Of a stretch of DNA of 20,000 nt, positions 1-8,306 are shown piece by piece. Position 1 is the first letter of the stretch, and the number at the start of each line of letters is the position of its first letter. Under the pieces are notes generated by a model. That model saw nothing but the letters and a program-made list of their open reading frames with translations, searched no databases and had not been told where the DNA came from. This DNA comes from an uncultured virus (IMG/VR IMGVR_UViG_3300034374_009246). Its lineage: Duplodnaviria; Heunggongvirae; Uroviricota; Caudoviricetes. Position numbers and translations under genes: made by a program. The stretch lies in the IMG/VR virus record IMGVR_UViG_3300034374_009246; one strand, written 5' to 3'.

Positions 1-1
1 T

Positions 2-106
2 ACAATTGAAACAGAAGAATTTACTGAACTTATACAAAAATTAGAAAACAACGGGTTGGATATGTTATCTGAATTTGATTTGACTCCCGGCTCAGAACCA
101 TTTTAA
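2..106 (+). CDS. 3' end of a hypothetical protein truncated by the window edge (TIETEEFTELIQKLENNGLDMLSEFDLTPGSEPF*)
   Basis: Open frame from base 2 to TAA at 104-106, ending 2 nt before the next ATG; not in the ORF track. Confidence 0.6.
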   Translation, partial: TIETEEFTELIQKLENNGLDMLSEFDLTPGSEPF

Positions 107-108
107 TT

Positions 109-456
109 ATGAAAGCAATAGCATTTATAACAATTTTAACAGCCTCTGTAAGTTGTTTTTCTCAAACTTATAACTATGAAAGTTATGATTATGAGAATTT
201 AACTACAGGTGTAAAGAAAACTAATCCTGATAGAACTAGTTTTAAATTTACAGAAGATAGCGTTTATGTAAAAACAGAAACAGATCCTGTTATGTATTTT
301 AAATACGCAATTCTATCTAAGGAAAAAGAAACTAACAGATACACATACTTCAGAACTGAAAAAGGTTTTGAAATGTTTGTAGATAAGAAGAATGAAGTTG
401 TGATGGTTAAAAATGATAAGTCACAACTGTTATGTATTTACCACAATAAACAATAA
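109..456 (+). CDS. Secreted/periplasmic hypothetical protein
   Basis: MK plus hydrophobic stretch, then SCFS|Q; +1 Gln is typical of Bacteroidota Sec substrates. Confidence 0.7.
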   Translation: MKAIAFITILTASVSCFSQTYNYESYDYENLTTGVKKTNPDRTSFKFTEDSVYVKTETDPVMYFKYAILSKEKETNRYTYFRTEKGFEMFVDKKNEVVMVKNDKSQLLCIYHNKQ

Positions 457-459
457 ATT

Positions 460-705
460 ATGGGTCCCAGTGTATATTTAACTAATACAGAAGGTACAGC
501 ATATAAAATGTATCAAGCAGAAGTAGTAGAAAGTCAAGATCAAGAAAAGAAATATGATGTAATATTTACTTACGGTAGAATATATGGACATAAATCTAAA
601 TATAGAGGCAACAAAATACCTTTAGATTATAGTGATGCTATGCATTTATTGCAGAATCAAGTTTATAAAAAAATTAGAAAAGGATATCAAATAAATGAAA
701 GATAA
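460..705 (+). CDS. Stand-alone WGR-domain-like protein
   Basis: Pattern K-x-Y ... VIFTYGRI ... A ... KKIRKGY matches the WGR domain, with YGR in place of WGR. Confidence 0.7.
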   Translation: MGPSVYLTNTEGTAYKMYQAEVVESQDQEKKYDVIFTYGRIYGHKSKYRGNKIPLDYSDAMHLLQNQVYKKIRKGYQINER

Positions 706-1084
706 CATCACTACCATCAAACTAAAAAAAGTTAATGGTAAACTAACACATGTAACAGCTTTTGATAAGATACAATATAAAGAATTTGTAGATGCTTTAT
801 CTGAAGGTCAAGTAATTGAAATATTTCTAGAAGCTAATGCAGGAGATGGTACAAAAGCTCAGCTAGCTAAGATACACGCATGCATTAGAAAATTAGCTTC
901 TGAGATAGGATATACCTTTGAAGATATGAAACTAACAGTAAAGCAAAAATCAGGGCTTGTACGTGGAGATTTGTGGTCATCAGAAGGATATGCTAAATCA
1001 TTTGCAGATTGTTCTAAGGAAGAATTATCTTTAGTTATTGAAACGCTAAATGATATAGGAAAATTAGTTAATCTTTCTTTTTAG
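695..1084 (+). CDS. NinB/Orf-like recombination mediator
   Basis: Q-x-AKIHACIRKLASEIGYTFEDMK ... KSFADCSKEELSLVIE resembles the NinB/YbcN family; 129 aa. Confidence 0.6.
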   Translation: MKDNITTIKLKKVNGKLTHVTAFDKIQYKEFVDALSEGQVIEIFLEANAGDGTKAQLAKIHACIRKLASEIGYTFEDMKLTVKQKSGLVRGDLWSSEGYAKSFADCSKEELSLVIETLNDIGKLVNLSF

Positions 1085-1490
1085 ATTCTTTTAATTGTTC
1101 ATCATAAAACTTAGCTATTGATTCTGAAGAGAAGTTTACTTCTATTTCTTTTTCTTTAGCTTTACCTTTTTCAGCAAAAGTTTGTTCTATAACACCTATG
1201 AAAGTGGCTAAAGTTAAGGCGTTAAAAACAAAAGAATCTTTACCATAAACAGCGTTTAATTCTTTAACTTTACGCTCACGTTCAGCTTCATTTTTTTCTA
1301 ATTCATGCATCTTAGCTTCAAAAACACCACTAATAAATAACATAGCTGCCATTTGTTTTTGTTCATTAGCAGTTCGCATATAAGCTTCATAAACATATTT
1401 AAGATCTCTTAAAGCTTTACCTGATATTGTAATATCAACAGTTTCATCTAAAGGTATAGAATAAGTTTTAACATTTCTCTTATTATCCAT
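1068..1490 (-). CDS. Hypothetical protein, isolated minus-strand gene
   Basis: 140 aa ORF fills the gap between + genes, has its own upstream promoter motif, and overlaps the NinB-like gene tail-to-tail by 17 nt. Confidence 0.75.
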   Translation of the reverse strand: MDNKRNVKTYSIPLDETVDITISGKALRDLKYVYEAYMRTANEQKQMAAMLFISGVFEAKMHELEKNEAERERKVKELNAVYGKDSFVFNALTLATFIGVIEQTFAEKGKAKEKEIEVNFSSESIAKFYDEQLKESKKKD

Positions 1491-1506
1491 AACTAATAGT
1501 TTTAAA

Positions 1507-1514
1507 CAAATATA
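1507..1514 (-). promoter_or_regulatory. Bacteroidota primary-sigma -7 element (TAnnTTTG)
   Basis: + strand CAAATATA reads TATATTTG on the minus strand, 16 nt upstream of the ATG at 1490. Confidence 0.6.
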
Positions 1515-1522
1515 ATTATAAA

Positions 1523-2239
1523 ATGCAACAAAGTAAAAAAGACAAGCTGACAGATATACAAAAAAAATTATATGAACAGCTTATTCCATCAGGATGGGCT
1601 GATAAATTAAAAAGTTTTATACTAAGTAAAGAGTTTTATAATATACTAGATGACTTGTGGGATGAAATGAATAGCGGTAATCGCTTCACACCAGTAATCA
1701 AAGATATATTTAAAGCATTTACTGAATGTCCATACAATGACCTAAGAGTTGTTGTTATAGGTCAAGACCCTTACCCTCAAGCAGGAGTTGCAGACGGCAT
1801 ATCTTTTAGTTGTTCTTATTCTAAAAAACCACAACCTTCTTTACGTTACATGCTTAAAGAAATAGAAGACACAGTATATCCAGAAGGTATGGAGTGGGAT
1901 CCTGATTTAACAAGATGGTCTAATCAAGGTATTCTAATGCTTAATACAGCTCTTACATGCCGTATAGGTAAGATAGGTTCACACATAGATTTATGGAAAC
2001 CTTTTATTGTATATCTCTTAGACATATTAGGGCATTATAACTCGGGGCTTATATATGTATTCTTAGGTAATAAAGCTAAAGTGTGGGCTAAACATATACC
2101 TAGTATAAACTATAAATTCTTTGCGCCTCACCCTGCTGCTGCAGGTTATGCAAAACAAAAGAAATGGAATAGTGGAGACTTATTTAACAATATTAACAAA
2201 GTATTAGAAGAGAATAACGGAGAGAAGATTGTATGGTAG
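1523..2239 (+). CDS. ung: Uracil-DNA glycosylase, family 1
   Basis: Motifs VVIGQDPY, GISFS, W..QGILMLNTALT, HP and a C-terminal I-x-W. Confidence 0.93.
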   Translation: MQQSKKDKLTDIQKKLYEQLIPSGWADKLKSFILSKEFYNILDDLWDEMNSGNRFTPVIKDIFKAFTECPYNDLRVVVIGQDPYPQAGVADGISFSCSYSKKPQPSLRYMLKEIEDTVYPEGMEWDPDLTRWSNQGILMLNTALTCRIGKIGSHIDLWKPFIVYLLDILGHYNSGLIYVFLGNKAKVWAKHIPSINYKFFAPHPAAAGYAKQKKWNSGDLFNNINKVLEENNGEKIVW

Positions 2240-2261
2240 TTACTATCATCCTCTCTTCTCT
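2221..2261. terminator. Long hairpin at the convergent junction, candidate bidirectional terminator
   Basis: AGAGAAGA (2221-2228) pairs with TCTTCTCT (2254-2261) and encloses ATGGTAG-TTA-CTATCAT (2233-2249). Confidence 0.5.
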
Positions 2262-2676
2262 ACCTCACAGCAACTGCTATCAATATTGCAACTAAACTCA
2301 CAGATGTAGCAATCCAACCAGCTTGCAACCATTTAGTAGCTGCATTCTTTTTTTTGTACTTCTTATAGAGATTGTTAAGATCAGTCTTTTTTATATCTAT
2401 TATTAAATCTCTTTGTTTAATAACGTATGCATTATTGAGAAGCATTGAGTCTTGGAAAGTTATAGTCTCTGAGAGATTATCTATAACGGTATCTTTTAGC
2501 TTTATTTCTTGATTCAAGACACCAAGCGTAGAGTCACACTCATTAGCATAAACAACTTTGTTAGCTATTTTCTGTAACTCAGCGTTATTAAAGCAAGTCA
2601 ATGTATCACCAGTTTGCGCGGATAATGCTGTCAAGTTGATGATTAGTAGCATTATCAATATACTTGTATATTTCAC
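2260..2676 (-). CDS. Envelope protein with signal peptide, coiled coil and C-terminal TM helix (spanin-like partner)
   Basis: MKYTSILIMLLIINLTALSA|Q signal, heptad-like middle, C-terminal GWIATSVSLVAILIAVAVR; overlaps the upstream gene by 71 nt. Confidence 0.6.
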   Translation of the reverse strand: MKYTSILIMLLIINLTALSAQTGDTLTCFNNAELQKIANKVVYANECDSTLGVLNQEIKLKDTVIDNLSETITFQDSMLLNNAYVIKQRDLIIDIKKTDLNNLYKKYKKKNAATKWLQAGWIATSVSLVAILIAVAVR

Positions 2677-2935
2677 GGTATTCTATTTTTATTTTATTTT
2701 TCACTTTATCTAAACTATCTATTTGTTTATATAAAGAGGCTCTGTTGTTATTTAGAGAATCAATAGTTTGAAGCAATAAAAGATTTTCCTCTTCTTTAGC
2801 TTTAATCATATTCTCTAAATCTTCAGTGCTAGTTATAACTTTAGTTATCTCAGATGGTTTTCTAAAGATTATATACAAGAACATAATTAATATTATACCT
2901 AAAAGTATGTATATTATATTTTGCTTATTGATCAT
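2606..2935 (-). CDS. Inner-membrane spanin (Rz)-like protein
   Basis: N-terminal TM IIYILLGIILIMFLYIIF followed by a coiled coil. ATG at 2935 preferred to the track's TTG at 2941, which lies inside the promoter motif. Confidence 0.55.
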   Translation of the reverse strand: MINKQNIIYILLGIILIMFLYIIFRKPSEITKVITSTEDLENMIKAKEEENLLLLQTIDSLNNNRASLYKQIDSLDKVKNKIKIEYREIYKYIDNATNHQLDSIIRANW

Positions 2936-2938
2936 TAA

Positions 2939-2946
2939 CAAATATA
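2939..2946 (-). promoter_or_regulatory. Bacteroidota primary-sigma -7 element (TAnnTTTG)
   Basis: TATATTTG on the minus strand; the 11-mer AACAAATATAA is identical at 1505-1515 and 2937-2947. Confidence 0.6.
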
Positions 2947-2962
2947 AAAAATTTTTATCAAG

Positions 2963-3577
2963 ATGAGTAAATTATTAAAACAGATGGAGTTGTTTGATAT
3001 GATAACAACTGCAGAACTAACTCCAAATCAATACTATTTGCTTTGTTGTATAAATGATTCTGTTACACCTATTAGAATGAATTTTAGATTAGAGCTAAAA
3101 AGTTTAATAGAAGATAAGTGGATTGTAGAAAAAGAAAACAAATACTTATTAGAACCCAAATCACATACAATTATTAACCAGGTTGAAAAGCTTTTTAAAA
3201 TACAAAAAACTAAAACATCAACTCAGTTAATGAATAAAAATTATAAAGAAAACATTTTAGTGTTTAAAAATTTATTTCCAAACAAAAAACTTCCTAGCGG
3301 TAGAGCAGCAAGAAGTGCTACTAAGAATTTAGAAACTTGTTTCAGATGGTTTTTTGAAAATCATGACTATTCTTGGGATCTTATTCTAAAAGCAACTGAG
3401 AGATATGTATCTGAATATGAACTTGATGATAAGTACATGACATGTTCTCAGTATTTTATTAGAAAACAACCCGCAGGAACTAGAACATTTATTAGCAAAC
3501 TTGCTGATTATTGTGAACTAGTAGAGTCAGGAGCAGAAATGGATGATAAACCAATATTCCGTCAAAAAGTAGTATAA
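2963..3577 (+). CDS. Putative replication initiator / helicase-associated DNA-binding protein
   Basis: N-terminal winged-helix-like pattern (LTPNQYYLL...LKSLIEDKWI), C-terminal FP-KK...A...Y...Y pattern as in replisome organisers; lies upstream of the helicase. Confidence 0.5.
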   Translation: MSKLLKQMELFDMITTAELTPNQYYLLCCINDSVTPIRMNFRLELKSLIEDKWIVEKENKYLLEPKSHTIINQVEKLFKIQKTKTSTQLMNKNYKENILVFKNLFPNKKLPSGRAARSATKNLETCFRWFFENHDYSWDLILKATERYVSEYELDDKYMTCSQYFIRKQPAGTRTFISKLADYCELVESGAEMDDKPIFRQKVV

Positions 3578-3765
3578 TGAAATCAAAAACATTTTATCAT
3601 GTAAACACAGTAATTTTAGGCATCTTATTTAGTTTATTAGCCTATACAATAATCAATATTTTTATTATAAAAATGTCTATTATTCAATACTTTATTATAG
3701 AGTTTTTGTTGGGAATCTTAGAGTATTTTTGTAAATTTACTAAAGTAAAAATGGGCATAGAATAG
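3577..3765 (+). CDS. Small membrane protein with 2 predicted TM segments
   Basis: 62 aa, two hydrophobic stretches, coupled to the previous gene by a TAATG overlap. Confidence 0.6.
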   Translation: MKSKTFYHVNTVILGILFSLLAYTIINIFIIKMSIIQYFIIEFLLGILEYFCKFTKVKMGIE

Positions 3766-3795
3766 CAGATAAAAGCCTATAATAATATCAAAGTT

Positions 3796-4797
3796 ATGAG
3801 TAATAAAGCTTGGCAGAGTCAAAAGAAAGGCTATCAAGAAGCCCTTAGTTATATACACGCAAGAAGACAAGGATTAATAACTAGTTACAAAACTCCTTGG
3901 CCTAAAGTAAATGATGCAGGTGTAAACGGTTTTGAATGGCAATCTCTAACTGTAATAGGCGGAAGACCGGGTACAGGAAAAACCCTTATCAAAGATCAAA
4001 TTGTAAGAGAAGGTTTTGAAATAAACAATGGTCAAACAATTAGAGTTTTAGAATTCCAATTTGAAATGGTTGCCAGAGCTTCTAAAGTAAGAGAGTTTTC
4101 TTCAGCATTAAATAAACCATACAAATACATTTGTAGTGCAGATGAAAATGATAAACTAACAGTAGAAGACTTTCAAAAATTACATGAGCATGCTAAAAAG
4201 ATGGTTGATATAGACAAGTTTCCTGTAGATATTGTTGAGAAAGCATGTACTGTAGAAACATTTAAATCTATTGTTACAGATTATATGGAAACTTATGCTC
4301 AAGAAATTGATGGTAAGAAAGTATATATTAATACTGTAGTAACTGTAGATCACTCTAATTTATTTAAGCAAGGCAGATCTGAAAATAGTAAAACAGATAT
4401 GCTTTATAATTTAGGAGAAGCATTAACAGATTTAAAGAAACGGTATCCTATTGCATTCATTGTTCTTTCACAACTAAAACGTGATGTAGAAAAACCTGAA
4501 AGAAATGAAGATGGAAAGTACGGAAACTATGTTTTAGAAACAGACATCTTAGGCGGTGATGCTTTATTTCAACATGCAGATATTGTAATAGGTGTTAATA
4601 GACCAGCAAAAAAGTTTATTAAATACTACGGACCAGAAAGATATATAATTGATGATGATACAGTATTGGTATGGCACTTTCTTAAGTGTAGAAACGGTGA
4701 TACTAGAGTAAGTTTTTTCAAAGCATTATTCAATCAAATGAAAGTTATAGAAATGCCTGCTCCAGGCATGCATGTAAGAAATATAAGATCAAATTAA
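3796..4797 (+). CDS. DnaB-like (SF4) replicative helicase, ATPase domain only
   Basis: Walker A GGRPGTGKT, FQFEM, VTVDH Walker B, IVLSQLKR, ADIVI, KCRNG arginine finger. Confidence 0.92.
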   Translation: MSNKAWQSQKKGYQEALSYIHARRQGLITSYKTPWPKVNDAGVNGFEWQSLTVIGGRPGTGKTLIKDQIVREGFEINNGQTIRVLEFQFEMVARASKVREFSSALNKPYKYICSADENDKLTVEDFQKLHEHAKKMVDIDKFPVDIVEKACTVETFKSIVTDYMETYAQEIDGKKVYINTVVTVDHSNLFKQGRSENSKTDMLYNLGEALTDLKKRYPIAFIVLSQLKRDVEKPERNEDGKYGNYVLETDILGGDALFQHADIVIGVNRPAKKFIKYYGPERYIIDDDTVLVWHFLKCRNGDTRVSFFKALFNQMKVIEMPAPGMHVRNIRSN

Positions 4798-4807
4798 ATA
4801 TTAAAGT

Positions 4808-5344
4808 ATGGGATTATCAACAAAGCTTGATGAAAAAAAGAAAGATATATTAAGCAAAAAACAGAAAATAGAATTATTAAAAGACAAACATTTAGATTTG
4901 TTTAAACAAGAAAAAGTTAAACAACCTAAATTTATACCTAAAATGTGTTATATGCACAAAGGTGAACTGGTTGTTTCATTTTATCCAAGTGAAATAACTA
5001 AAGGTCAAGACATCTATACTGAATTTGTAAGTAGAGATTATGAACCTGAAGATCCAGAAAGAAGATTATGGAAATGGATTTATCATGATGCGTATGATAC
5101 AGAGTATGAAAAATCTGATCCTCATCCTACTTCTGGTGATAGACGTTATCTAATACCTAAAGATGAATTAATTGAAGTTACAAAAGTAGCTGAGCAAGGT
5201 GAATTAATATTTGAACCATTACCAGATGCTGATGCAGATGTTCCATATAGTTCAATGACACTTAGAGATTATGCAGCTATACAATGGAAACTTCCTGTCA
5301 GTCATAAAGCATGGTTAAATAACTTAATAAATAATTTAAAATGA
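4808..5344 (+). CDS. Hypothetical protein with C-terminal MTLRDYAA motif
   Basis: 178 aa ORF coupled to the next gene; MTLRDY-x-A is a recurrent small phage motif. Confidence 0.75.
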   Translation: MGLSTKLDEKKKDILSKKQKIELLKDKHLDLFKQEKVKQPKFIPKMCYMHKGELVVSFYPSEITKGQDIYTEFVSRDYEPEDPERRLWKWIYHDAYDTEYEKSDPHPTSGDRRYLIPKDELIEVTKVAEQGELIFEPLPDADADVPYSSMTLRDYAAIQWKLPVSHKAWLNNLINNLK

Positions 5345-6084
5345 CAAAAATTGTATTACCACAGAAGAAAATAAAAGCTTCTGCACAAAGCCCTAAAAAT
5401 CTTATCATTTTTTCTAAACCTAAAGTAGGTAAAACATCTCTCTTAGCTGATTTAGAAAACTGTCTTATATTAGATTTTGAAGACGGTTCTGATTATGTAG
5501 ATGCTTTAAAACTAAAAGTAGATACTGTTGAAGATTTAAAACTTATTGGTGCAGAAATAAAAGAACAAGGCCATCCTTATAAATATATAGCTGTAGATAC
5601 AGTAACTGCATTAGAAGAAAAATGTATTCCTGTTGCTGAAAAATTATATTCTAAATCTTCAATGGGAAAGAATTGGTTTAAAACAGGCAAGCAAACTTAT
5701 GGTAACATCTTAAACTTACCTAATGGTGCAGGTTATGTATGGCTAAGACAAGCTATAACAAGTGTTCTAGAATACATAAAGACTCTTGCTCCAAGAATTA
5801 TAATTGTAGGTCACGTAAAAGATATAATGCTAGAGAAAGCTGGTGCTGAGTTTACAAGTTCAGATCTAGATTTAACAGGTAAAATTAAAAGAATAATTTC
5901 TTCACAGTCAGATGCTATTGGTTATCTATATAGAAAAGGTAATCAGAACATTCTTAACTTCAAAACAAGTGATGATGTTGCTTGTGGAGCTAGACCAGAT
6001 CACTTAAGAAATCAACAAATTGTTATTTCAGAAATGACTGAAGAAGGAGTTAAAACAAATTGGGATAAAGTATACATAGATTAA
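5341..6084 (+). CDS. AAA_24 / Sak4-like recombination ATPase
   Basis: Walker A SKPKVGKTS, LILDFEDG, Walker B IAVDTVT, IIVGHVK, DAIGY; directly upstream of an SSB-like gene. Confidence 0.85.
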   Translation: MTKIVLPQKKIKASAQSPKNLIIFSKPKVGKTSLLADLENCLILDFEDGSDYVDALKLKVDTVEDLKLIGAEIKEQGHPYKYIAVDTVTALEEKCIPVAEKLYSKSSMGKNWFKTGKQTYGNILNLPNGAGYVWLRQAITSVLEYIKTLAPRIIIVGHVKDIMLEKAGAEFTSSDLDLTGKIKRIISSQSDAIGYLYRKGNQNILNFKTSDDVACGARPDHLRNQQIVISEMTEEGVKTNWDKVYID

Positions 6085-6103
6085 TAAATTAAATTAGAAA
6101 AAA

Positions 6104-6796
6104 ATGTTAAGTACAAAAGACGTAAACGTTTCTTCAGGAGAAGGAGGAGGTATACCAAAAGTAATATCTCCTGGTAATCACAAATTGAAAATTAATAACA
6201 TCAGTTTAATTCAAAACAATAGTTATTTGAAAAGAAATGATGCTTATCATATTCTATTAAGCGTTGAAACAGAACCCATAGAAAACTTTGAAGGTTTTTG
6301 GATTGATAAAAACAATGAATCTTTAGGTAGACATGAAGGTCAAGTAGGCAATGTGAGAGCAAGTGATTGGCCATACAAAGACAATGTAACCAATAAGGGT
6401 GTTGAAATTAAAAGAGACATGCAAATTTTAAAGTTCATCAAAAACATTTGTAAAGAAACAGACTGTGAAAAATGGTTTGATGATGCAGATGGTAAGTATG
6501 AAACAATTGAAGATTTTGTACAAGGTTTTAATGAAGAAGCACCTTTTGCAGACAAATGGTTAGAATGTTGTGTTGCAGGTTCTGAATATTACAAACAAAA
6601 TGGTTATATTGGACATAACCTTTGGTTTGCTAAATATTCTCAAGGCACTAAAGGTTTTGCTAAAGCAGATGCAAATGAAAAAGTTCATGTATATAATGAA
6701 GATTTACATTTAAAGAAAGCAGAAAAACCAGAAGAAGTAGAAGAATTTGACAATACAACTGATGATTCTGCAGACAATACAGAGTTTGCTTGGTAA
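6104..6796 (+). CDS. Putative single-stranded DNA-binding protein
   Basis: PG-x-H-x-x-x-I beta-rich N-terminus, acidic tail ending in aromatic residues (DDSADNTEFAW); sits between Sak4-like and primase genes. Confidence 0.6.
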   Translation: MLSTKDVNVSSGEGGGIPKVISPGNHKLKINNISLIQNNSYLKRNDAYHILLSVETEPIENFEGFWIDKNNESLGRHEGQVGNVRASDWPYKDNVTNKGVEIKRDMQILKFIKNICKETDCEKWFDDADGKYETIEDFVQGFNEEAPFADKWLECCVAGSEYYKQNGYIGHNLWFAKYSQGTKGFAKADANEKVHVYNEDLHLKKAEKPEEVEEFDNTTDDSADNTEFAW

Positions 6797-6825
6797 ATAA
6801 ATAGGAACGTATACTTTATAATTAC

Positions 6826-6855
6826 AAGGAAAGTCTTTTTAGGCTTTCCTTTTTT
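6826..6855 (+). terminator. Rho-independent terminator
   Basis: AAGGAAAGTCT-TTTT-AGGCTTTCCTT followed by a T run. Confidence 0.85.
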
Positions 6856-6869
6856 ATTACATATTAATT

Positions 6870-7871
6870 ATGATAAGAACAAAACATGTAGTATCAGATA
6901 TTAATAGCATACCTCCAGAGTGGATCTTTAAATATTATCTAAAGCTTTCTGAAAACTTAAAGGGTCAGGATATACAGATAACATCTATATTTAATCCTAA
7001 AGAAACCAGACCATCAATGTTTATTTACTTTGATAAAGAAGCTGACAAATATTTATTTAAAGATTATTCTACAAATAGAGGTGGTGATGCTTTAAGTTTA
7101 GTAAAAGAAATTTATGATTTAAAGTCTAAAGCTCAAGCTGCGGTTAAAATTATTAAAGACTATAGTGATTATCTTAAAAGTGGTAATAAAAAGTTTGAAG
7201 TAAAAGATTTTAAAGTTGAAGGAAAGTACAAAGTCAAAACTATAAACCCGCGTAATTGGAATAAGTTAGATCAAAGCTATTGGACTAAGTATAACATTGA
7301 TTCTAAAATATTAGAAGCATATAACATACAACCTTTAGAATCATATATTTTAGAAAAAGAAGATACTGAAAAGAGATTAGAGATCAAAGCTCAATTCATG
7401 TATGGCTATTTTAATGATAAGAATGAGTTATACAAAATCTATACACCTAAACTAAAAAAGAAGTTCTTTAAAGTAAAAAGCTATATACAAGGATTAGACC
7501 AGCTAAAATATGATAAACCATATTTAGTCATCTGTAGCTCTATGAAAGATTTATTAGCTTTACATAAACTCGGTATGAAGAATATAGAAAGTATTGCACC
7601 AGATTCTGAAAACACAATGCTTCCTGATTCATTAATGAATGAGTTTATACAAAAGTATAAAAAGGTATGTGTATTATTTGATAATGATGAAGCAGGGCTA
7701 AGAGCAATGCAAAAATATAATCAAGAATATAATATTCCTTATGTACACTTAAAGCTTGAGAAAGATCTATCAGACTCAGTAGAACAACACGGTGTTAGAA
7801 ATACTATGTATCATTTATATCCATTAATTACAAAAGCTCTTACAGGAGAAAGCAAAGAATTACCTACTTAA
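6870..7871 (+). CDS. DNA primase (TOPRIM, crAss-like type)
   Basis: Degenerate CHC2-like N-terminus (SIFNPKETRPS...FKDYST..GGD), ICSSMKD, FDNDEAG DxD motif, KDLSD. Confidence 0.88.
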   Translation: MIRTKHVVSDINSIPPEWIFKYYLKLSENLKGQDIQITSIFNPKETRPSMFIYFDKEADKYLFKDYSTNRGGDALSLVKEIYDLKSKAQAAVKIIKDYSDYLKSGNKKFEVKDFKVEGKYKVKTINPRNWNKLDQSYWTKYNIDSKILEAYNIQPLESYILEKEDTEKRLEIKAQFMYGYFNDKNELYKIYTPKLKKKFFKVKSYIQGLDQLKYDKPYLVICSSMKDLLALHKLGMKNIESIAPDSENTMLPDSLMNEFIQKYKKVCVLFDNDEAGLRAMQKYNQEYNIPYVHLKLEKDLSDSVEQHGVRNTMYHLYPLITKALTGESKELPT

Positions 7872-7880
7872 ATATTTATT

Positions 7881-8303
7881 ATGAGCTGGATTTTAAACCA
7901 TCAAACATTTACAGAAGAAATGATTCCTGAAAACGCTGTAGGTTTTATATATGAAATGACTGCGGTAATTGAAGGTAAACTTGTAAAGTATATTGGCAAA
8001 AAGAATTTCTATTCAATTAGAAAAAAGAAATTTGGAAAGAAAGCTATTGCAGCTATGACAGATAAAAGAGCTAAGAAATATACTATGGTTAAAAAAACAG
8101 ACTATGAAAAGTATTATAGTAGTAATGAAGTATTAAAGAAAGCACATAAAGAAGGTATATCTATAGTTAGAACTATACTTAAGATATGCTACTCTAAAAC
8201 AGAGCTTACTTATCAAGAAACAAAGTTTCAATTTGTAAATGAAGTTCTTGAAAAAGATGAGTATTTAAATAAAAATATTTTAGGAAGATTTTATAAAACT
8301 TAA
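7881..8303 (+). CDS. GIY-YIG nuclease-like protein (T4 endonuclease II-like)
   Basis: GFIY ... KYIGKK, YYSS, conserved E and C-terminal N-x-N-I. Confidence 0.75.
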   Translation: MSWILNHQTFTEEMIPENAVGFIYEMTAVIEGKLVKYIGKKNFYSIRKKKFGKKAIAAMTDKRAKKYTMVKKTDYEKYYSSNEVLKKAHKEGISIVRTILKICYSKTELTYQETKFQFVNEVLEKDEYLNKNILGRFYKT

Positions 8304-8306
8304 TTT

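Noticed and set aside
6340..6555. Minus-strand 71 aa ORF
   Set aside because: Antisense shadow wholly inside the SSB-like gene.
7881..8303. Mobile homing endonuclease or intron
   Set aside because: Catalytic domain only, no NUMOD/HTH tail, and the flanking genes are uninterrupted.
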